Source: Candidatus Poribacteria bacterium | GTDB taxonomy: Bacteria > Poribacteria > WGA-4E > WGA-3G | Reading direction: 5' to 3' | Length of the DNA: 64,000 nucleotides | NCBI GenBank assembly: GCA_003635195.1 | Contig: PYIY01000195.1 | Coordinates: 13,961 to 77,960 of the forward strand | In this document: piece after piece, positions 48,373 to 57,408 of the stretch | How positions within the stretch are numbered: the first letter of the stretch is position 1 | Layout: each line of letters starts with the position of its first letter | Made by a program: the position numbers and the translations under genes | Notes under the pieces: model-generated | What the model saw: the letters and a program-made list of their open reading frames with translations, nothing else | The model's database searches: none | What the model was told of the DNA's origin: nothing

Positions 48373-49293
48373 TTAATCTTGGTTTTTGACAAGAACTACC
48401 TTAATAGCAGATAAACCTCTATCCGTATGATGGATGTCAAATTTCACTTTTTGACCTTGTTGAAGCAAATTGACTTTTTCATTCAAAATTTGTGACTCAT
48501 GCACAAATATATCCGGATCATGTTCCTCACACGTTATGAAGCCGTACCCTTTGATTGTGTCGAACCATTTTACCTCTCCTTGTGTCCGGATTAAAAGCGG
48601 CGAAATTTCTCTTTCGATCATTTTAACGGCTTTTGAAAATGGAATCTGAAAAAATTCTCTATCCATTCGTATTCGATAATCACTCAGTAGTTTGAAAACG
48701 AGATTTTCTGCCTCTTTGGCATCTTCCACTTCAAAAACTGCTTTTGCAGAATACGGTATTAACACACCTGTTGCTGAGTTTATCTCCTTAACTCTGTCTT
48801 CTACAGAACGAGTAGTCATTCCGATCTTTAGAACATCAGGTTCATCTTTCCTTGACAAAATATACAACCAACCATGTTTCCCCTGAGAGACACGAATTTT
48901 TCTATGATTTTTCCAATGACTAAGGTAGGTCGGAAGGGTCCCGCTAATCAAAGTCCCACGTATCAAAAGTGCTTGTTCAAAATCACGTCCCTTTAGACTT
49001 TCCCGGAGCTTAACTAATAGGGAAACAATGGAATTCATTTCACTTCTAGGCGGATGGCCAAGTCTATCATAGACAGTAAACCAATTCCATTGGTCTTTCC
49101 TTAATGACCGATTAAACATACCTTTCAGTTCTGAAATAGCATCCAAATCTACCTGGTCTGGAGGAATTCCATCACTTAAAAAAAGAGATACAACATCTAC
49201 GGCATTATCAAAACGTCTTCTCATAGTTACCGACAAATCTGACATTCCAAATCCATATTTATGTATAGTCATCGGCGTTATCTTCTTTATCAA
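48373..49293 (-). CDS. T5orf172/MUG113 (GIY-YIG superfamily) domain protein with C-terminal cold-shock (CspA-like S1) DNA-binding domain
   Basis: GWLYILSRKDEPDVLKIGMTTRSVEDRVKEINSATGVLIPY...REFF matches T5orf172. The C-terminal GEVKWFDTIKGYGFITCEEHDPDIFVHESQI...GQKVKFDI is a cold-shock domain. Confidence 0.65.
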   Translation of the reverse strand: MIKKITPMTIHKYGFGMSDLSVTMRRRFDNAVDVVSLFLSDGIPPDQVDLDAISELKGMFNRSLRKDQWNWFTVYDRLGHPPRSEMNSIVSLLVKLRESLKGRDFEQALLIRGTLISGTLPTYLSHWKNHRKIRVSQGKHGWLYILSRKDEPDVLKIGMTTRSVEDRVKEINSATGVLIPYSAKAVFEVEDAKEAENLVFKLLSDYRIRMDREFFQIPFSKAVKMIEREISPLLIRTQGEVKWFDTIKGYGFITCEEHDPDIFVHESQILNEKVNLLQQGQKVKFDIHHTDRGLSAIKVVLVKNQD

Positions 49294-49384
49294 TCTTGGT
49301 TTGGTGTATTTGAAGCGGCTACTGCCAGTCTGTCATCAGAATCAAACTATGGTACAGGGTCATTACAATTTTAAGAAATTATAG

Positions 49385-49835
49385 AGTTTCTTGTCCTTTT
49401 TCAGGATCCGGTGCGGTTAGGAAACCGCACCATAGGTGTCAATTTAGTGATTTTCACGATGTTTTTGTAGCATCATCTCTTCAAATGCTGCAGAAATCCG
49501 CAGAAATACCCAAGCAAAGACACCTATCAAAAACCCCCTACGGGGCTTAGATGTGTGAGGTCCCGTTTTTCTACAGAGATGCTTAAAGAAATACCCAAGC
49601 AAATAAACCCTACGGGATTCAAGAGGTTTTTGAAGTCTTCAAGATTTCCGCGTAGTATCCGGTTCGGTTAGGAAACCGAACCTACCGGGCCTGGATACCC
49701 AAGCAGTTATTTTTTCTAAAATTGACACCTATGGTGCGGTTAGGAAACCGCACCTACCGGGTCTGGGAGTCTAAAATTGGACGAAAAAACCGAGAACTGA
49801 ATAGCTCTGGACTATGGTATAAAACATTGACTATT
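49385..49835. repeat. Composite cluster of modular repeats (three hairpin modules, two CCCAAGCAAA modules); homologous to 58310..58700
   Basis: GGTGCGGTTAGGAAACCGCACC occurs at 49410 and 49733. The variant GGTTCGGTTAGGAAACCGAACC occurs at 49661. gcagaaatacccaagcaaagacacctatcaaaaaccccctacgggg occurs at 49500. About 80-90% identity to the 58.3-58.7 kb copy. Confidence 0.6.
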
Positions 49836-49849
49836 ATCTCAAATCTCCA

Positions 49850-49924
49850 AGATTTGTCAACTATTTTCAATTTCCCCATAGAATTTGAAAAACTTTAAGA
49901 AAATGATTTCACTCTCTCAATGTG
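49850..49924. repeat. ~85-bp imperfect direct repeat, right copy (partner at 38691..38780)
   Basis: See 38691..38780. Same orientation. Together they bracket the AT-rich accessory segment. Confidence 0.5.
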
Positions 49925-49946
49925 AAAATTCTTCACCTAAAAACAT

Positions 49947-50579
49947 TCAAAAAAGGGTGAGTCTCGGTGTTTCGGATGCGTCTTGTAGTTTTTGTGCTGC
50001 CTCGGCAATATCATCAACGAGGATTTGACGCATTGCGGTGAAATCCTCACCTTCTTGTCGTAGGATATAAGCCGGGTTAAACGTTGCCATAGCAAAGGGT
50101 GCGTACTGGGTATCTGTAAACCAGATGCCGCGTTCTTCCGTGATGCGGAAACCTCTGTGAATCAGCACTTTCGCTGCGGGTGCACCCATGCAGAGAATCA
50201 CCGAAGGTTGTATGAGGGTGAGCTCTCCATCAAGCCATTTGGAGCAGGCTTTAATCTCTGATGCTTTCGGTGGGCGGTTTTTCAATACACCCCCTTTAAG
50301 CCCTGCTGCTCGGCACTTAATAATGTTGGTGAGCCAGATGTCCCTGCGCGTTAAGTCGTTTATTGTCAGCACTTCATCAAGCAAATCCCCAGTAGGTCCT
50401 GAAAACGGCAATGTTGTGTGATTATCTGCAGCGGAGGGTCCCTCTGCAACAAGTACCAATTTCGCAGCGGCATCCCCACTGCCGAAAACGACGTTCGCAC
50501 GGGTTTTCGCTAAGTCACAATCCGTACAAACGCTGGCGCGCGCTTTGAGAGTGTGCATTTGTGTATGAACAGTGCTCAT
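49947..50579 (-). CDS. Uracil-DNA glycosylase, family 4-like
   Basis: CTDCDLAKTRANVVFGSGDAAAKLVLVAEGPSAADNHTTLPFSGPTGDLL matches the family-4 UDG N-terminal consensus (C..C.L...R...VfG.G....lm.vGEaPG...d..G.PF.G..G.LL). Confidence 0.75.
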   Translation of the reverse strand: MSTVHTQMHTLKARASVCTDCDLAKTRANVVFGSGDAAAKLVLVAEGPSAADNHTTLPFSGPTGDLLDEVLTINDLTRRDIWLTNIIKCRAAGLKGGVLKNRPPKASEIKACSKWLDGELTLIQPSVILCMGAPAAKVLIHRGFRITEERGIWFTDTQYAPFAMATFNPAYILRQEGEDFTAMRQILVDDIAEAAQKLQDASETPRLTLF

Positions 50580-50603
50580 GTTCTGACCCCGACTTTCCTA
50601 AAG

Positions 50604-53201
50604 TTACACGGTGCCTCCGGAAGTTTTTGCGAAGTGAATACTGGCATGTACCAATTGATCGGGTTGCGTCTCGGTAAATGTCAGTTGATAAATCGGTTTG
50701 TCCCAATTATATTCATAATCGCTGCCGTAAGTCGCTACACTTATGGGTAGATAATCCTCTGGCACATGGATAAAGCAGGTGCCCTCAGCTTGTCTAAGCG
50801 GTTTACAAACGAGTAGATAACTCTGGCTGTGCCGGTCCCAACCGGCAGATAGTATCTCGGCACTGCCCTGTGTATAGTGGATATCGGTTGCGAGCAATTG
50901 CGGAACCTCTTGCTCCTCACGGAAGCAAAGCAGCTTCGCGGAACGGGGCGGAATATTCAATAAGTTTACACTTTGTGAAACCTTGCCGAGGTATTGACGC
51001 ATCCAGAAGTCGTGGACAAGGAACCCATTAGATTCCGGCACCCCAAGCGTATCCAGTTGAAAATAAACGTCGTCTTCACGATCATTCCAATTGAAGACTG
51101 CGGCGAGATACCATGTTTCACGAGGTGTTGAAATAGGGAGGCTCCAAATTTTAGGGAAAGGTTCGTCGTAAATGTCTACGGGAGTGGCGGCTTTATTGAT
51201 AAGTGGGAAGATTTTTGCTAAGTATGCCGCCCGCAATGGTGTAAGTGTTGCGATCGAGTCAGCACAAAGCACAGTCCCTCCACTGAGTGCAGCGGCTGTC
51301 ATCTCCACGATTGCCTCGTTGATGGGTCGTGGTTCATCGACAGCAAGTTCGCCAAAGAGATGGTTCCAGAGGACATTATGCTCTCGTAGATACGCTGCAT
51401 ATCTGCTCAAACGATGCTTTGTACCGCGCTGATGATGCCACTGATCGCTTGCTCGGTTGGAGGTGCCACCAGTGAATGGTGCGTTAAGGAGCGGTGCGTT
51501 GACGGCAATACTACCGACACACAAGTCTGAAATAGCATTGTATCCTGCCAACATAACGTTTTGTTTCGTTGGCACGTTTTCCAAACGCACTTCATTAATT
51601 ATATCTCTTAGCAGCTCCGCGGCAAAACGATAGAGCTGTACAGCTGTTAGACTGTCATCATGCCATTGCAGGTTGTGTGAAGCGTTAGTAAGTCCTATTG
51701 TATACGCGGTGAAGTCCACATCAATGAGCGAATACCCACAATCGCTCACGATGTGTTTAATCTGTTCACGAACCCGTGCCTGTACTTCCGGATGGGAAAC
51801 ATCTAAGAGTGCGACCTCTTTGCCAGTGTCTGGCAGATGGATTGTTGCGGGTTTGGACCTGTTATGTGCAGTGCGTTTACGTGGCTGTCTCTTTCCGCCG
51901 CGAGTTTCAGCCTGTTCCTGTATGCAATAGTCTGGATGGTTCTGTACAAGTTCTGAATCAAGTGTTAGAGCGAACGGGTTAACCCGGATTCCTGTCTTAA
52001 AACCTTTTGCGTGAACCTGATTGAGAGTTTCTGGACTTTGTAATCCTGACGCTGTGTCAAGTTGAATATAACAGATACCCCCCGGGGCGTTGGGTTGAAA
52101 TAGGGGGTGCTCGACGAGTGCCTCCGCTTGGGTTAATATAGCATCAGGCTCAAGTGGTTCTGACGTGTTGGAAAAGGACCAGGCAGCAAATGAATCCTCA
52201 CGAACCATCGTAGATTGAACATCCGTGAGTCCACTTTTTTTTGCCCTGAGTGCCGTATAGTGCTCATAGGCAGCCTTAGCCCCGCCCGTAAAGTTTATAT
52301 AGACGGTTTCGGAGAGGATTTCCTCACCAGCGTCGCAGTGCTGCCTACACTGATGATAAAGTGCCCACGGGTTAACGCCGGATACCGATGCCTTTTTAGC
52401 ATTGGATTGTGAACGTTGTCCCCCATTCCCTTGACAACCGACTTGAATTCGGGGCCACCACTTCTCAGTAGTTAGGAAACCGAAGACGAGTGCTTTGCCA
52501 CTCTGTGTATCGTGAAGGACACCATCATGGCTGGGATGCATAGCATCGGTCTCGCTGAGAAGGAACCCGTCATAGAGTCTTTTACTGACACCGGGGGAGA
52601 TAGGCGGCATATTGATAAAGAGGTGGCACTCCGATGGTGTTGTCCCGAGCAAAGCGGCACCTCGGTTTGCCGAAACACCGAGCACCGTTACGCTGTCGAG
52701 TTGCAACGGTTCAGGTTTTAGGTTTTCAATGCCAACTTTGAGGTGTATGGCGGGATGCGCGCTATAACAATTGAGGTATGTATTTATCCGAATGCCTTTA
52801 CCCGTTGCCTCATGTGAGAAACGGAGCTGATGATAATCACCGAAAACATCGGTTTTAGGAAGTTCGGTAATAAATTCACGGGTGCCAGTGTCTTCGGTTT
52901 TGATGACACTTCCATCGTCAAAGGTTACCTGTGTACACCCGTTTCGGATAATTGTGTCGCCGCTTTCATCAACATAATCCCATGTTCCTTTTGAAAGGTT
53001 GAATTTAATCTCAAAAAATTTATTGTGGTTTACCACGACGAGGTCGCCCTGCCGTGAGACTGTTACATCATCTGATCTCATCCATTGTTTTCCTTTTTGA
53101 TCTTGGCGCGAGTGTATAGACTGAGTTTGGAAACTTTCGCGGGCAACCCTTAAAATTCGGAGGACATCATGATTTATATAGCGGCGGCAACTGCCCGACA
53201 A
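50604..53201 (-). CDS. Glycoside hydrolase family 36-like protein (alpha-galactosidase/raffinose-synthase superfamily)
   Basis: HAKGFKTGIRVNPFALTLDSELVQNHPDYCIQ resembles the GH36 K.GLW.EPE.V...S.L...HPDW block. GYSLIDVDF resembles the GIDYVKWDMN nucleophile region. The real start is probably internal, around MRSDDVTV. Confidence 0.45.
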   Translation of the reverse strand: MSGSCRRYINHDVLRILRVARESFQTQSIHSRQDQKGKQWMRSDDVTVSRQGDLVVVNHNKFFEIKFNLSKGTWDYVDESGDTIIRNGCTQVTFDDGSVIKTEDTGTREFITELPKTDVFGDYHQLRFSHEATGKGIRINTYLNCYSAHPAIHLKVGIENLKPEPLQLDSVTVLGVSANRGAALLGTTPSECHLFINMPPISPGVSKRLYDGFLLSETDAMHPSHDGVLHDTQSGKALVFGFLTTEKWWPRIQVGCQGNGGQRSQSNAKKASVSGVNPWALYHQCRQHCDAGEEILSETVYINFTGGAKAAYEHYTALRAKKSGLTDVQSTMVREDSFAAWSFSNTSEPLEPDAILTQAEALVEHPLFQPNAPGGICYIQLDTASGLQSPETLNQVHAKGFKTGIRVNPFALTLDSELVQNHPDYCIQEQAETRGGKRQPRKRTAHNRSKPATIHLPDTGKEVALLDVSHPEVQARVREQIKHIVSDCGYSLIDVDFTAYTIGLTNASHNLQWHDDSLTAVQLYRFAAELLRDIINEVRLENVPTKQNVMLAGYNAISDLCVGSIAVNAPLLNAPFTGGTSNRASDQWHHQRGTKHRLSRYAAYLREHNVLWNHLFGELAVDEPRPINEAIVEMTAAALSGGTVLCADSIATLTPLRAAYLAKIFPLINKAATPVDIYDEPFPKIWSLPISTPRETWYLAAVFNWNDREDDVYFQLDTLGVPESNGFLVHDFWMRQYLGKVSQSVNLLNIPPRSAKLLCFREEQEVPQLLATDIHYTQGSAEILSAGWDRHSQSYLLVCKPLRQAEGTCFIHVPEDYLPISVATYGSDYEYNWDKPIYQLTFTETQPDQLVHASIHFAKTSGGTV

Positions 53202-53908
53202 GATATGACGGCGGTCTGCTCATTCCCAGCATGTGAAAGTGAAAAGGAGTCTCCAGGGGAGAGGCAGAGGACATCATGTCGTTGAAGTGTGTGCGCCTCC
53301 CCATTGTCATCCTTCACTTCAGCACATCCATCCTTTAGCACATAGATTGATTCGCTGTGTATCGGTTCGTGCGTAAAGTGTTGTCCCTTGTCAAGACAGA
53401 TGTAATCTAAGGAGAGATGTACAGAGCCTTTTTGCGGTGAGACGACGCTTCGCCAATCGGCAGCTTTTCCGAACACAGGTCCACACCGTGCCATATTGAG
53501 TACCTGAACGCTGCTCCGATGCCCATTTTGCGGCGTTGGGGCTTCGTCTGGTGTATCGCGTTCGCCCCGGTAGAGTGCCATGTCTGGGGGTGCTTGGAAA
53601 CTAATCAAACGTGCCTTGTTCGGTGTCGTATTGACCGTTCCGTGGACCTCGCCTGCGGGTACAAAAATAACATCGCCTGCAGTAATCGGTGTATAGACAC
53701 TCCCTTGTCGGATAGCACCACCGCCTTCTAAGACGACGATAGCGTCTTCGGATGCGTCATGATAGTGCTGTGTAAATTCTTGACCGGGAGCGTGGAGTCC
53801 GTGGTTTAGCGTCAACTGCGTTGATCCCATATCCGGATGTACGACACGCCAATTTTTGCCTTTGCCCATCTGAAAGGGTGTTCCGGATTGGAGGTTCAAA
53901 ATCTTCAT
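53174..53908 (-). CDS. Bicupin (two cupin barrels) protein
   Basis: Two cupin motifs are present: G..F..HYHDASEDAIVVLEGGG in the N-terminal barrel and a second barrel with H.EPIHSESIYVLKDG. Confidence 0.7.
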   Translation of the reverse strand: MKILNLQSGTPFQMGKGKNWRVVHPDMGSTQLTLNHGLHAPGQEFTQHYHDASEDAIVVLEGGGAIRQGSVYTPITAGDVIFVPAGEVHGTVNTTPNKARLISFQAPPDMALYRGERDTPDEAPTPQNGHRSSVQVLNMARCGPVFGKAADWRSVVSPQKGSVHLSLDYICLDKGQHFTHEPIHSESIYVLKDGCAEVKDDNGEAHTLQRHDVLCLSPGDSFSLSHAGNEQTAVISCRAVAAAI

Positions 53909-53950
53909 TATTTTTTAAATTTCCTTGCGGTTCGGTGAGGTCCATTGGTG
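53909..53950 (-). promoter_or_regulatory. Conserved leader module upstream of the bicupin gene (second copy at 54070..54095)
   Basis: ttttttaaatttccttgcggttcggtgagg directly follows the start codon on the plus strand. A second module aaaagtttccttgcggttcggttag lies 160 nt further on. Confidence 0.4.
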
Positions 53951-54092
53951 GCTTGATGTCTCTCTCCGTATATCCGCCTTCCATTTCATTACAGGCTACG
54001 GTTGTTTACTATTTTTCATCGGAAACCCGATTTTGACATCGGAAAAATCGGAGCAGAACCCTACATATTTAAAAAGTTTCCTTGCGGTTCGG

Positions 54093-54695
54093 TTAGAAGA
54101 GAGAATAAAATGATACTACCGTATCCCCATAATTCGCCTGCCGAGTCCGAGTCAAACTCCCAACTGTGTCAGGTATAACATACTGCTTTGCATGTTCAAC
54201 AAGTAGTATGCCGTTAGAGCAGAGCAGCGAGCTCTCAGCCAGCAATGCTAAACAGACAGTGTATATTTCTGAGCTATCCTCTAAACCTGTACCGTAGGGT
54301 GGGTCGAAATAGATAATTTCAAACACAGCAGCCTGTTTCTGGAGATATGTAATCCCTTTCACAGCATCGCGACGAAGCAGAGATATTGTATCAGTCGGCT
54401 TGCGGGCTGCGCGAGGTTCAGTCGTAAGTCCACATGCCCGAAGGTTTTGTTCTATAATCTGGATACACCGTGGGTCGCGCTCCAAAAAGGTGACATGCTT
54501 CGCGCCACGGCTCAACGCTTCGATTCCTATATTCCCTGTACCGGCACAAAGGTCGAGGAAGTTTGCATCAATAATTTGTTCGCGCAGAATACTGAAGACA
54601 GATTCTTTAACGCGATCCGCAGTAGGACGGACGACACGATTTCCCTTCGGTGCGACCAAGCGTCTGCCTCTGAATGCGCCAGCGATAACTCTCAT
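54093..54695 (-). CDS. rsmD: 16S rRNA (guanine966-N2)-methyltransferase
   Basis: MRVIAGAFRGRRL N-terminus, LDLCAGTGNIGIEALSRGA SAM motif and IYFDPPY motif IV are present. Confidence 0.85.
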   Translation of the reverse strand: MRVIAGAFRGRRLVAPKGNRVVRPTADRVKESVFSILREQIIDANFLDLCAGTGNIGIEALSRGAKHVTFLERDPRCIQIIEQNLRACGLTTEPRAARKPTDTISLLRRDAVKGITYLQKQAAVFEIIYFDPPYGTGLEDSSEIYTVCLALLAESSLLCSNGILLVEHAKQYVIPDTVGSLTRTRQANYGDTVVSFYSLF

Positions 54696-54697
54696 TT

Positions 54698-54845
54698 TTT
54701 ATTAGTTACCAGTTGTCAGTTGTCAGTTACAAGAGGTTTTAGATAATCCTGAAGTCTCTTTCTGACAACTGAAAGGTTTTCCGGAGAAGACCACACTGAC
54801 AACTGAAAGGTTTTCGGAGAAAACCGTACTGATAACTGACAACTA
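54698..54845. repeat. Hexamer-repeat palindromic element, extended copy of the 32795..32908 type (core duplicated)
   Basis: ttattagttaccagttgtcagttgtcagttacaagaggttttagataatcctgaagtctctttctgacaactgaaaggttttccggagaagaccacactgacaactgaaaggttttcggagaaaaccgtactgataactgacaactatta. Confidence 0.55.
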
Positions 54846-56168
54846 TTAGATTTTAAACAATTCCTCTACTATCGATCCATCGTTGACGACTCGAATCGGT
54901 CGCCCGGAGCGGGAGTAGTTCTCTTCATTACCATCAATTCCGAGTGCGAAGCAGAGGGATGCGAACAAGTCTGGTACACCGACAGCCCCACTGACAACTT
55001 CGCTACCATCTTCATTCGTATTACCGACGATTTGCCCACCGCGGGTGCCACCGCCTGCGACGACAGCCGACCAACCGTTGGTATGATGATCCCGTCCATC
55101 GTTTTCATTGATTCTCGGTGTACGTCCGAATTCACCGAGCCAGAGCACAAGCGTATCTTCGAGGAGATCCCGCTCGGATAAGTCTTTCAGGAGCATCGCG
55201 AACGCTGGGTCCACCATATCAAGAAGTTCTTTTGTCCGCTCAAAGTTATTTTGGTGTGTATCCCATCCATCGAGTGAGACTTCTACAAATTTGATGCCAG
55301 CCTCCACGAGTCGTCGTGCCATGAGACACCCTTGACCGAATCTGTTCATACCGTACGCTTCGCGGACGGCGATTGGCTCTTCGTCGAGCTGAAAAGCGTC
55401 TATTTTGGGGGAGTTGATGAGCTCGTCTGCTTTTTTATAAATGGCTTCGTGTGCTTCCGTGCTGCGTCCGGTCCGTTTCGCGATAAAATCTTTTTCAATT
55501 GTCCTGAGCATCTTAAGCCGTTCTTTAAAACGGTGTGTGTCCATCTGTGCCGGATAGGAGATGTCTTCCACAGGTTCCATCGGATTTTTGATGACAAACG
55601 GATCGTGCGCTGCACCGAGGAAACCGCCCGAGTACATCGGCGAATTGATGTTAACACAACTCGGTAGGTCCAAAAGTTCATCTTCAAGATAGTAAGAGGT
55701 GATTGATCCGAAGGTAGGATGCCGCACTGCACCGCCAGGCGCATACCCGGTATGTAGCAGATAACGGGCGCGTTCATGGTTCCCTTCACGCGAAACCATT
55801 GAACGGATAATAGAAAGATGGTGTGCTTGTTCCGCAACGTTCGGCAGATGTTCGGAAACCTGTATATCCTTCGCACTTGTCGGAATCGCTGCGAAGGGAC
55901 CTCCGTTTTTGGTGCCGGGTTTGGGATCAAATGTATCTAACTGACTGGCACCGCCACTCATAAAAAGAACGATACAATGCTTCGCGCGCGGCACGATATC
56001 CTCAAGCTGCGCGAGGCTGCCGGAGCCGAAGTGCTGCATCGCAATAAGTCCCAGAAAACTGCTGATACCCGTCTTGACAAAACTGCGTCGCGAGATCTCT
56101 GTGTGCCATAATTCTGGTGTGTCGTATTCTGGTACCCACAATTTTGTATCCATATTTATTCTCCTCAA
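54846..56168 (-). CDS. DUF1501 domain protein (sulfatase-like, Tat-exported; Planctomycetes-type)
   Basis: Twin-arginine signal RRSFVKTGISSFLG and FMSGGASQLDTFDPKPG are diagnostic of DUF1501. Confidence 0.85.
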   Translation of the reverse strand: MRRINMDTKLWVPEYDTPELWHTEISRRSFVKTGISSFLGLIAMQHFGSGSLAQLEDIVPRAKHCIVLFMSGGASQLDTFDPKPGTKNGGPFAAIPTSAKDIQVSEHLPNVAEQAHHLSIIRSMVSREGNHERARYLLHTGYAPGGAVRHPTFGSITSYYLEDELLDLPSCVNINSPMYSGGFLGAAHDPFVIKNPMEPVEDISYPAQMDTHRFKERLKMLRTIEKDFIAKRTGRSTEAHEAIYKKADELINSPKIDAFQLDEEPIAVREAYGMNRFGQGCLMARRLVEAGIKFVEVSLDGWDTHQNNFERTKELLDMVDPAFAMLLKDLSERDLLEDTLVLWLGEFGRTPRINENDGRDHHTNGWSAVVAGGGTRGGQIVGNTNEDGSEVVSGAVGVPDLFASLCFALGIDGNEENYSRSGRPIRVVNDGSIVEELFKI

Positions 56169-56322
56169 TTATTTCATCTATACCATTTTAACATGCTTCG
56201 GCATTTATAAACAAGGGAAAAATTTTAAGCGATTTTCAATTTTCATCTGCTGAGCGGATTGAGAAGGAATGGAAGGGTGGCGTGCCCCTTCCTCGTGAGT
56301 CGTGAGGTGTCTGGATAGTTTT

Positions 56323-57312
56323 TTACTTTAAGTCCTGCTGTTTGAGTTTCCCCCAGAGGGTGGTAAGTTTATTCATGGGTTCAACGGCATACGGAACATC
56401 AGTATGGGTCCAATCGAATAACCACACGCCTTCCCCATGCTTATCGAGAAATTCTTCATGAGGGCCTCCGTTGATAGGTGCTGCGAAGTTGCGATATACC
56501 TCATCTACTTCTATTGTGTAAACAACGTACTGTCCATCAGGGGACCATTTGAGCCCCAAAAAGCCAGGCTCGGCTTCTCGAGTTTCTATAGACTTCAAGT
56601 TTGATCGTCCGGTAAGTGAGACAATGCTAATTGTATACGTAGTTGCCCAACGCCCGTGTGCAAAAGCCCTATCCGCAAAAGCGAGGTATCTCCCATCTGG
56701 TGAGAAGGCGGGGTTAAAACCATCTTGGGTTATCTGTAAAACTTCTTGGGTTAAGATATTGAAGATACAAATGCCGTCGGAGGTGCCATACACGATATGT
56801 CTTCCACTTGATGACCATTCTACAGTATACGCCTCACCTTCTTTTAGCAGTTGGACTTTCGGGCGCGATTTCTTTAATTCATGTTTTGGAATGAGATATA
56901 TCCCAGTCGCTGGTGCCGGTCCTGTCCGCTCATGCGTGAAGACGATATCACCGTTTTGTGAGATGTCAAGACCCCAAATAAGACTAAATTGCTGACGTGT
57001 AAGGTCTCGTACTTTTGGAAAATCAGCCTTTTTATCAAAAAGATAGATGTCGTTACCGAACATTAGTTGATGGTGCCAAGCGGTCGTAACAACGAGATTC
57101 CCATTTGGCTGTACGGCGAGGCCTTCTGGCGAATATCTCAGGTTAAAAAATGGGCGATCATCGCGCGCTTTCTCCACGTTGGTGACCCAGAGTTCGTTGA
57201 AGGCATTAATTGGGGGTCTAAAGATGATTTCTCCGGTAAGTTCTGCCTGTACTGTTGTGAGTGGCAGGAGAGAAGTCAGACAGAAACAGAGGCATTTGAA
57301 AAAGTGTCTCAT
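56323..57312 (-). CDS. Secreted WD40-like/TolB-like beta-propeller repeat protein
   Basis: Signal peptide is present. PD40-like repeats are present (YSPEGLAVQPNGN, FSPDGRYLAF, WSPDGQYVVY). C-terminal KLTTLWGKLK tail motif is shared with the LamG proteins. Confidence 0.6.
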   Translation of the reverse strand: MRHFFKCLCFCLTSLLPLTTVQAELTGEIIFRPPINAFNELWVTNVEKARDDRPFFNLRYSPEGLAVQPNGNLVVTTAWHHQLMFGNDIYLFDKKADFPKVRDLTRQQFSLIWGLDISQNGDIVFTHERTGPAPATGIYLIPKHELKKSRPKVQLLKEGEAYTVEWSSSGRHIVYGTSDGICIFNILTQEVLQITQDGFNPAFSPDGRYLAFADRAFAHGRWATTYTISIVSLTGRSNLKSIETREAEPGFLGLKWSPDGQYVVYTIEVDEVYRNFAAPINGGPHEEFLDKHGEGVWLFDWTHTDVPYAVEPMNKLTTLWGKLKQQDLK

Positions 57313-57408
57313 GATAACTCCTATTGCGATGAGGTTATGTATTGGATCGATGCCTGTTTTGAATCCTGCTATTTTGGGGTGTTTTCACACATCATCTGCC
57401 CAATCGCC

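Noticed and set aside
49385-49835. tRNA or small RNA gene within the 49.4-49.8 kb repeat block, as a possible island attachment site
   Set aside because: The palindromic hairpins are perfect 9-bp stems with 4-nt loops and lack the cloverleaf and T-loop (GTTCRANYC) features of tRNAs. I cannot exclude small RNAs without expression data.
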